Assembly: GCA_963845495.1 (NCBI GenBank)
Contig: CAWJTH010000202.1
Coordinates: forward strand, 3,239 to 67,238
DNA: 64,000 nucleotides
From: an uncultured Chitinophagaceae bacterium
Lineage (GTDB): Bacteria; Bacteroidota; Bacteroidia; Chitinophagales; Chitinophagaceae
Direction of reading: 5' to 3'
This document shows positions 57,502 to 64,000 of this stretch, one piece after another. Every line of letters starts with the position of its first letter. Position 1 is the stretch's first letter. The position numbers and the translations under genes are program-made. The notes under the pieces were generated by a model. That model worked only from the letters and a program-made list of their open reading frames with translations, made no database searches and was not told the DNA's origin.

Positions 57502-57888
57502 ATGAACAGTGCTATAACTTCTGGAGTGGAGATAACGGTAGAAACTTTCTACCAACCCGAGTACAGCAACCCGCTGTTGCACGAGTTTATGTTTGCCTAC
57601 CGTATTGTTATTGAAAACCATAATGCTTTTACTGTTCAGCTTTTGAGCCGCCACTGGTATATTTTTGATAGCAACGGCGAATACCGTGAAGTGGAAGGCG
57701 AAGGCGTGGTTGGTCAACAGCCTGTTTTAATGAACGGCCAAAAATACCAGTATGTAAGCGGGTGCCAGCTTAAAACGGAAATGGGTACCATGCATGGCAC
57801 TTTTGATATGGTGAACCTTTCGAACCACAAAAACTTTGTAGTAAAGATCCCCCGTTTTCAGTTAGTTGCGCCAATGAAAAACAATTGA
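57502..57888 (+). CDS. apaG: ApaG protein
   Basis: 128 aa. F.FAY.I.IEN......QLLSRHW.I.D.NG....V.G.GVVG.QP is the ApaG/DUF525 signature. Confidence 0.9.
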   Translation: MNSAITSGVEITVETFYQPEYSNPLLHEFMFAYRIVIENHNAFTVQLLSRHWYIFDSNGEYREVEGEGVVGQQPVLMNGQKYQYVSGCQLKTEMGTMHGTFDMVNLSNHKNFVVKIPRFQLVAPMKNN

Positions 57889-57900
57889 TACATAAATTAT

Positions 57901-57942
57901 AAAATGAGAGCCACAGATTTTATTTGCGGCTCTCATTTTTTG
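57901..57942 (+). terminator. rho-independent terminator of apaG
   Basis: aaaatgagagcc ... ggctctcatttt has a 12-bp stem and a T-run. Confidence 0.8.
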
Positions 57943-58150
57943 GTTTGTAATTTTAAAACATAAGATATCCACATATTTTGAATAGCTAAAGTGCTGTTTT
58001 GTAAGGGCTGATATGCGGCCCCAACCATAAATATATACAGCATCGATTTTGATGCAACTAATTTTCCAAAAGAAAAATCATTCTCCGTTATTTTTGTTTC
58101 AACCTCAACAAAAGATTAGTTTAACGACGCTTCCAAACTATTCCCAACCA

Positions 58151-59386
58151 ATGCAACAAAAACAATATGGTGTTTTTTCGCTCCCTGTAATTGTGGGAGC
58201 GCTGGGCTTTTTTGTAGATATTTATGATTTGCTGTTGTTCAATATTGTGCGCCGTTCCAGCTTTGCTGATTTGCATGTGCCTGAGGCAGAACTTAAACAT
58301 ATTGGCGAAAACATTATAAGTTGGCAAATGTTGGGGCTCACCATCGGCGGTATTTTATGGGGTATGTTGGGCGATAAAAAAGGCAGGAAAAGTGTTTTGT
58401 TCGGCTCTATTTTATTGTATTCCGCGGCTACTGTAGCCAATGGTTTTGTAAAAACGGTGGATCAATACACTTGGCTGCGCTTTATTGCGGGACTTGGTTT
58501 AGCAGGCGAATTGGGTGCCAGCATCACGCTAATTACAGAAATGTTGCCCAAAGAAAAACGTGGTATTGGCTCCGCCATTATTGCCACCAGTGGTGTTTTT
58601 GGCACTATTGCAGCCTATTTGGTGTATTATTTAAGTCATGAAGATTGGCGGCTTTGCTACTTTATTGGCGGCGGAATGGGTATTGCCTTATTGTTTTTGC
58701 GTGTGGGCGTTTTAGAAAGCGGCATGTACGATAACACCAAACAAGCCCATGTAAAAATGGGCAGTTTTTGGATGATGCTAAATAACCGTGAACGCTTTTT
58801 TCGTTACCTGCGGGCTATTTTAATTGGCTTGCCGGTTTGGTATGTTATCGGTATTTTAATCAGTTTTTCTGACGAATTTGCCAAACAGTTCGGCATCACT
58901 GGTTTTGATCAGCCCAAAGCTTTGATGTTGCAATATGTGGCATTATTGTTTGGCGACATGGGTGCAGGCTTGTTCAGCAATTACATTAAAAGCAGAAAAA
59001 AAACCTTGTATGTGTATTACGCTATCCTTACATTTTTCTTCGTTTTATTTTTTGCGCTAAAAGGTGGCGGCAATGCGTTTAATATGTATTTATTGTGTAT
59101 GGGTTTGGGTTTTGGCTCTGGCATTTCGGTATTGTACATTACTATGGGTGCCGAGCAATTCGGTACCAATTTAAGAGCCACCGCTGCCATTTCTATCCCC
59201 AATTTAGTTCGTGGTTTTTTGCCGCTGATGTTGTTGTTGTTCCAATTTTTAAGAAGTAAAACGGCAATGGATAATTATACGTTTGGTGCATTTATTACCG
59301 GTGTTATAGTAATTGTGGTGGGTTTTATTTCCGTTATTTATACCAAGGAGACTTTTGGGAAAGAAATGAATTTTGTGGAAGAATAA
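58151..59386 (+). CDS. MFS transporter
   Basis: ATG at 58151 (MQQKQYGVFSL). It has 12 predicted TMs and MFS motif A GMLGDKKGRKSV. Confidence 0.85.
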   Translation: MQQKQYGVFSLPVIVGALGFFVDIYDLLLFNIVRRSSFADLHVPEAELKHIGENIISWQMLGLTIGGILWGMLGDKKGRKSVLFGSILLYSAATVANGFVKTVDQYTWLRFIAGLGLAGELGASITLITEMLPKEKRGIGSAIIATSGVFGTIAAYLVYYLSHEDWRLCYFIGGGMGIALLFLRVGVLESGMYDNTKQAHVKMGSFWMMLNNRERFFRYLRAILIGLPVWYVIGILISFSDEFAKQFGITGFDQPKALMLQYVALLFGDMGAGLFSNYIKSRKKTLYVYYAILTFFFVLFFALKGGGNAFNMYLLCMGLGFGSGISVLYITMGAEQFGTNLRATAAISIPNLVRGFLPLMLLLFQFLRSKTAMDNYTFGAFITGVIVIVVGFISVIYTKETFGKEMNFVEE

Positions 59387-59404
59387 GTTTGTTTAAAAAC
59401 AAAA

Positions 59405-59428
59405 AAACCGCCGCAAAAGCGGCGGTTT
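59405..59428. terminator. bidirectional terminator between convergent genes
   Basis: aaaccgccgc aaaa gcggcggttt is flanked by an A-run and a T-run. Confidence 0.85.
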
Positions 59429-59448
59429 TTTATAGAGATAATAAAAGA

Positions 59449-59931
59449 TTAAAACTTAATTGCTACTCCTAATTTTAGTAAAGAAGCTCCTGCTCCAATT
59501 TCAGCAAACCCTCCAATGTTATCACTAAAATAGTAACGTGCACCCACATGAGCTTGCAAAAACGCCCCACTTGAAACATAATTGCCATAAGTAACATAAC
59601 CAAGTCCAAGTCCTGCATACGGATCAAACTTTTTGTCCTGTACATTTAATAGTTCAGCGAAGTGGTAGGAGCCCCTTATCGCAAAATAACTAAAATTAAA
59701 ACTTGATCCTAATACAGAATAATGCATAAAGTCTGCACCAACGCCTGCGCTAATAGCGTCTGTAAATCCGTGTTCAAATGAGCCTCCAAAACTTGTACCG
59801 CTATAACTTCCTGCAAACCCCACGCCTAGATTTAATAGGTTGTCTCCATTTTTGTAGGCTTGTGCAGATGCGCTTGTGTTCGTCATTAACAATGCTACTG
59901 GAATAGCCAGTGCGAAAAGTAATTTTTTCAT
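59449..59931 (-). CDS. small outer-membrane beta-barrel protein
   Basis: Likely start MKKLLFALAIPVALLMTNTSASAQ (a signal peptide). It has alternating aromatic/Gly beta-strand pattern and a C-terminal ...GVAIKF. Confidence 0.7.
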   Translation of the reverse strand: MKKLLFALAIPVALLMTNTSASAQAYKNGDNLLNLGVGFAGSYSGTSFGGSFEHGFTDAISAGVGADFMHYSVLGSSFNFSYFAIRGSYHFAELLNVQDKKFDPYAGLGLGYVTYGNYVSSGAFLQAHVGARYYFSDNIGGFAEIGAGASLLKLGVAIKF

Positions 59932-60057
59932 TTTGTGTTTTTTTAGGTGCCGCAAAAGTAATAGGATTTAAAAACTAGCAAAATTTCTACTAAAAATTTC
60001 AAATGCGGGTTAGTATTTTACTACAATTGGTGAGAATTATGCAATGGATTAAAAGGT

Positions 60058-61098
60058 TTAATCACCTTTTGGCTTGTAACCTACTTCATTAAAAAGCTCT
60101 TTGGCATCTTTTTGCATCAATTGGTCAAGCGTTGTTTTGTTGTTTTTTGCCATCCAATTATTGATAATTTGCCAACCTACAAATAAACCGATATAACCTG
60201 GCGAAGCCTCGCCCAAGGCTTGGGTTTTTGGCCCATCGGCAATGTAATCTTTGTTCATCGAAGGCTCGATGCTGAACAACAAATTATTCTGCACAAAGAA
60301 ATTCCAGATGGAAGCTTCATGTTGTCGGCAGCCATCCAGCTGCGATTTTGTATAACCTATTTTTAAGGTGTCGTTAGTGTAAGGCATCAGTTTATCCAAC
60401 ACATACAAACGTTTACCTTTTTCAATCATTTCTTCTATCAGCGGCCTGCCTTCGGCTTTGTATGGAAATAGATCGTCTATTATATTTTTTATGGTATTTA
60501 CCGGAATGGTAGCGGGTGTAAAGCGGGCTGTTTGATAAAGGAAAACTTGCCCGCTTTGTAAGCCCACATTATATTCTGGCGCATTGGCACCCAAATGTAA
60601 TTGTAAGCCGATAGCTGGGCCAGCTTGTGTCATTACATCGCCGTAAGACGAAATGCTGCCGTTAAAATAAGCATCCATCGGCCCAATAAACGTGATAATT
60701 TTATGGGGCAACTGATAATTTGGGAAGTAATATTTTACGAATTGGAAACTTTGTTTGATGTCTTTTTCATACTTGCTAAAATCTCCGAATAATTGTTCCG
60801 TGGTTTGTAGCATCGGTTTATAAGACGCATAAAACCCTTTGATATAAACGGCAGAACTATCATCTAATTTTTGCAAGCCAAGAATATTACTAAAAAAATC
60901 GGATGCGAATTGCGGATATTTTATGGCCAATTTTTGCAAACCTTCCTGCAAATGGGTGGTATCAAGTGCAAAAAAGTCTTTCTCAAAATGTTGCACCTGT
61001 ACATCTATTTTAATGTTGGAAACATCAGGGATATTTTTTTTATCGCCGCAGGAAAATAGGCTGACGGAAATGATGCAAAATGCAATTAAATATTTCAT
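60058..61098 (-). CDS. gldB: GldB-like gliding motility lipoprotein (DUF2268-type)
   Basis: 346 aa. It has lipobox VSLFSCG. The start pattern (I.V...HFEKDFF.LD) and size resemble GldB. Assignment is by recognition only. Confidence 0.55.
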   Translation of the reverse strand: MKYLIAFCIISVSLFSCGDKKNIPDVSNIKIDVQVQHFEKDFFALDTTHLQEGLQKLAIKYPQFASDFFSNILGLQKLDDSSAVYIKGFYASYKPMLQTTEQLFGDFSKYEKDIKQSFQFVKYYFPNYQLPHKIITFIGPMDAYFNGSISSYGDVMTQAGPAIGLQLHLGANAPEYNVGLQSGQVFLYQTARFTPATIPVNTIKNIIDDLFPYKAEGRPLIEEMIEKGKRLYVLDKLMPYTNDTLKIGYTKSQLDGCRQHEASIWNFFVQNNLLFSIEPSMNKDYIADGPKTQALGEASPGYIGLFVGWQIINNWMAKNNKTTLDQLMQKDAKELFNEVGYKPKGD

Positions 61099-61156
61099 GT
61101 TGTAAATGAACGATTCGCTTGCAATATTATTTTAAAGAAGCTATAAAATATTGTGT

Positions 61157-61275
61157 CTCGCAGAAAACGGAGAAAACGCAGAAATAAATTTTAAAAAGCA
61201 TTTAAATTAACTTTAAATGCTTTTTAAATTAAAAAATAAAATTCTTTATTCTGCGTTTTCTCCGTTTTCTGCGAG
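61157..61275. repeat. nested perfect hairpins (27-bp outer stem, 14-bp inner stem)
   Basis: ctcgcagaaaacggagaaaacgcagaa (61157-61183) is the exact reverse complement of ttctgcgttttctccgttttctgcgag (61249-61275). The inner stem is aaaaagcatttaaa ttaac tttaaatgcttttt (61194-61226). Confidence 0.9.
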
Positions 61276-61280
61276 CCATA

Positions 61281-61994
61281 TTATTTCTGATTTATCGGTG
61301 TTTCAATAATTAAAAAATGCGATAAATTATTGCAATGAATAACAACATTTTCCGTGTTCCAAATTCCTATTCCATCTTTTGCATTTAATTCATTTTCATT
61401 CACCGAAATTCCGCCTTCCATTACATAAATAAACAGGCATTTATTGGTATTTTTAAAAGCATAATTAATATCGCTTCCTGCATCAAAATATCCTAGTGAT
61501 AATTTTGCATTTTGATTGACCCAGCAATGCTCCAAGCCTTCTTCGCCCGAAATAATAGTTTGTAATTTATTTTTTCTTTTAGCCTTTGGAAAACTACGCA
61601 TTTGGTAACGAGGCGTAATATTTTGCAATTTTGGTTGGATCCAAATCTGTAAAAAGTTTACTTCGTCTTCGCCAATATTGTATTCTTCGTGCAGCAAACC
61701 CTTGCCAGCACTCATTATTTGCACCCCGCCTTCGCTAACGGTGGTGCTATACCCCATCGAATCTTTATGGTTCATAGTGCCTTGCAGCATGATGGAAATA
61801 ATTTCCATGTTTACGTGTGGATGAATACCAAAGCCTTTTCCTTGTTCCAATAAATCATCATTAAAAGCAACCAAAGTGCCAAAAGCAGATTTTGTTGGAT
61901 CGTAATAATCACTGAAACTAAAACAGAATTTACTTTTTAACCAACCAATATCTTTTGTGCCCCTTTCGCCAGCGGGAAATAATTTTGTTTGCAT
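61281..61994 (-). CDS. pirin family protein
   Basis: 237 aa. It has a bicupin with GFGIHPHVNMEIISIMLQG (pirin metal-binding His pair). Confidence 0.88.
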   Translation of the reverse strand: MQTKLFPAGERGTKDIGWLKSKFCFSFSDYYDPTKSAFGTLVAFNDDLLEQGKGFGIHPHVNMEIISIMLQGTMNHKDSMGYSTTVSEGGVQIMSAGKGLLHEEYNIGEDEVNFLQIWIQPKLQNITPRYQMRSFPKAKRKNKLQTIISGEEGLEHCWVNQNAKLSLGYFDAGSDINYAFKNTNKCLFIYVMEGGISVNENELNAKDGIGIWNTENVVIHCNNLSHFLIIETPINQK

Positions 61995-62076
61995 AAAATA
62001 GTACTTTAGTATTTAGATGTTAGTATTTAGACTCGGAAAAACTAACGACTAAACGATTACATAGTTTTATTTTTTT

Positions 62077-62284
62077 GAACCACAAAGGCTCGAAGTAAAA
62101 GAAGAAGCACGAAGGAAATAAGGAATAATAAATACAAAATAAAGAATAAAAAAATGCAATGCTAGTTAGAAAAAATACTTATAAAAATCATTACTTCTTT
62201 TTTTATTACTAATCAGCAGAATCACATAAATCATAGTTCAGACAACCTTTGTGCTTCTTCTTTTCCTTTGTGTCTTCGTGGTTC
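62077..62284. repeat. imperfect 39-bp inverted arms (cacgaag/cacaaagg words) around an AT-rich loop
   Basis: The arms are gaaccacaaaggctcgaagtaaaagaagaagcacgaagg (62077-62115) and cctttgtgcttcttcttttcctttgtgtcttcgtggttc (62246-62284). Confidence 0.75.
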
Positions 62285-62293
62285 AATTTTTTC

Positions 62294-62911
62294 TCATTTA
62301 AATACCAACTCATTTGCTAAATCAATTTCATCTTTAATAATAGTGTGGCCCATATTGTTATAAATTTTTTCGGTTACAATTGCGTTCATATTTTTTAATA
62401 TTTCGGCACTTGCTTTTACCCGCTCAACCGGAATGTGGGCATCTGGATTACTTGAGCCAACAAAAATAGGTGTGCCGTTAAAATCGCCGTTGTAGTTTTC
62501 CATATAAATTTTATCGCCAATTAACCCGCCGGAAAAAGCTGCTACGCCACCCCATTTTTTTGCATTGCGGGTTACAAATTCAAGCGATAAACATGCCCCC
62601 TGTGAAAAACCTGTGAAGTAAATACTTTCTGTTGAAATGCCTTGTTTCATAATGTCATCCACCAATTCATTTGTTAAATCCAATGCTGAGGAAAGCCACG
62701 GTTCATTTTGCTTCGGCGGTGCCAAAAATGAATACGGATACCAAGAGTAACCAGTTGCCTGTGGCGCAAACAAGGCAAAATCCTTAACATTCAAATGATT
62801 GGCCAATGACAAAATATCTTCCGCATTTGCACCGCGGCCATGCAGCATAATTAACGCTTTTGTTGCGTCGCCTAGTTTTTTTCCAGCCGTTATTATATTT
62901 TTCTTGTGCAT
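62294..62911 (-). CDS. alpha/beta hydrolase, phospholipase/carboxylesterase family (MhqD-like)
   Basis: Likely start MHKKNIITAGKK. It has the nucleophile elbow GFSQGA and a C-terminal H in GHTI. Confidence 0.8.
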   Translation of the reverse strand: MHKKNIITAGKKLGDATKALIMLHGRGANAEDILSLANHLNVKDFALFAPQATGYSWYPYSFLAPPKQNEPWLSSALDLTNELVDDIMKQGISTESIYFTGFSQGACLSLEFVTRNAKKWGGVAAFSGGLIGDKIYMENYNGDFNGTPIFVGSSNPDAHIPVERVKASAEILKNMNAIVTEKIYNNMGHTIIKDEIDLANELVFK

Positions 62912-62986
62912 TGTTTTAGCGTAAATTGTTTTGAATAAATGTGTAACCAAAACCCAATATTTAGTCTTTGTACTAAATACTAAATA

Positions 62987-63931
62987 CTAAATACTTGGAC
63001 TTAACACAGGCAACGCTTTTGTAATTCTTTCCCTTGACGGCTCGTATTGTGTTGGCAACATTAAATGAGTGCCCAATTCAGCAACTGGTTCGTCTTTATC
63101 AAATCCCGGATTGTCCGTGGCCAATTCAAACAACACGCCACCCGGTTCGCGGAAGTACAACGAATAAAAATAATCGCGGTCAATTTTAGGGGTGATGTGT
63201 AAACCTTTGCTAGCCACTTTTTCACGGTATTCCATTAAAATATCATCGTTGGCAACCCTAAAAGCCACGTGGTGGTTGGTGCCTGCTGAATTGCGACCGG
63301 GTGCCAAATTGGGTTCTTCTAATATATCTACAATCGATGCATTTTCAATGGCATCGGTAATAAAACGGTAACGGTTTCCTTCTTGTTTCAACAAGCGGTA
63401 ACCAAAAATATCGGTTAAAATAGCCGCTGTTGGGGCAACTTTTCTAAGCGTTAAAGTAATGCTGTGAAAACCTTTTGTGGCAACATCAGCCTTTACTTCA
63501 GCCGTTTCCCATGGTTTCCGGTTATCGGCAAAGCTCGGTTCAATTAAATCAAGCTTTAGGCCGTCCGGGTCTTGAAATGATAAAAATGTTTCGCCGAACT
63601 TTTCATCGATTTCTCCGTGACGGACACCAAATTGGTCGAACCTGTTTTTCCAAAATTCCAAACTATCTACGGGAACGGAGTAACCAATATCAGTGGCCAT
63701 TCCAGAACCGGTGTGCCCTTGCGGAATTCTGCCCCATGGAAAAAATGTGAGTATAGTTCCAGGTGTTCCTGTTTCGTTGCCAAAATAAAAATGATAGGTG
63801 CTGGGATCGTCAAAATTCACTGTTTTTTTCACCATCCTTAACCCAAGCACTTTGGTATAAAATGCAAGGTTTTTGTTCGGGTCGCTGGCAATCGCCGTAA
63901 TGTGGTGGATGCCTAATATTTTGTTTTCCAT
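62987..63931 (-). CDS. VOC-family ring-cleaving dioxygenase (MhqO/YkcA-like)
   Basis: 314 aa. ILGIHHITAIASDPNKNLAFYTKVLGLRMVKKTVNFDDPSTYHFYFGNETGTPGTILTFFPW is very close to the Bacillus MhqO/MhqE-type N-terminus as I recall it. Confidence 0.88.
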   Translation of the reverse strand: MENKILGIHHITAIASDPNKNLAFYTKVLGLRMVKKTVNFDDPSTYHFYFGNETGTPGTILTFFPWGRIPQGHTGSGMATDIGYSVPVDSLEFWKNRFDQFGVRHGEIDEKFGETFLSFQDPDGLKLDLIEPSFADNRKPWETAEVKADVATKGFHSITLTLRKVAPTAAILTDIFGYRLLKQEGNRYRFITDAIENASIVDILEEPNLAPGRNSAGTNHHVAFRVANDDILMEYREKVASKGLHITPKIDRDYFYSLYFREPGGVLFELATDNPGFDKDEPVAELGTHLMLPTQYEPSRERITKALPVLSPSI

Positions 63932-64000
63932 AAAATAAAGTTTAATTGATTTTGTGAGTTATTACAATTTTCAATAAAAGTCTAAGTACTAACATCTAAC

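Noticed and set aside
3495-62995. A gene-relative polarity of the hairpins (G/T arm after stop, C/A arm before start)
   Set aside because: An inverted repeat with a G/T-rich first arm reads the same way on both strands, so the apparent polarity carries no information about gene direction. Two loci (7476-7540, 5850-6090) also have the opposite arm order.
1-64000. tRNA, rRNA, tmRNA or other classical RNA genes, and integrase or transposase genes
   Set aside because: I scanned the spacers by eye for tRNA-like T-arm (GTTCGAATC-type) and acceptor features and for recombinase motifs among ORFs, and found none. A covariance-model scan would be needed to exclude small structured RNAs.

Overview
This is an AT-rich chromosomal segment that looks like a gliding Bacteroidota genome (Chitinophagaceae/Sphingobacteriia-like). 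The evidence for that is a gldB-like lipoprotein, MoxR/DUF58/BatA aerotolerance genes, two lpxD paralogs and a LytS-type kinase with a LytTR regulator. About 60 CDSs are mostly housekeeping: msrB, cdsA, psd, nadE, nadC, lpxD, leuS, rny, typA, uvrA, pheS, kbl and apaG. I saw no rRNA, tRNA, CRISPR array, integrase or transposase. The main finding is a repeat family with roughly 45-49 bp GC-rich terminal inverted repeats, each arm itself a hairpin. One 555-bp copy carries a DUF559 (Vsr-like) nuclease domain and sits in frame inside the essential leuS gene, just before the TTRPDT editing motif. A second 327-bp copy has no nuclease, has perfect 49-bp arms, fills the whole lytTR-uvrA spacer and supplies the only ATG and a 36-aa N-terminal extension of UvrA. 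uvrA also carries two further short hairpin or word-repeat insertions in frame. Most inspected intergenic spacers hold a long hairpin built from a short, locus-specific word, and the arms often abut or overlap stop and start codons. Other observations: four type II toxin-antitoxin loci (two with decayed toxins); frameshifts in typA, a class D beta-lactamase and vapC, all at short homopolymers and therefore possibly sequencing errors; two tandem secreted paralogs of unknown function; a lipoprotein archaemetzincin; and several unexplained non-coding tracts. All calls come from reading the sequence and from motif recognition. No database search was run.
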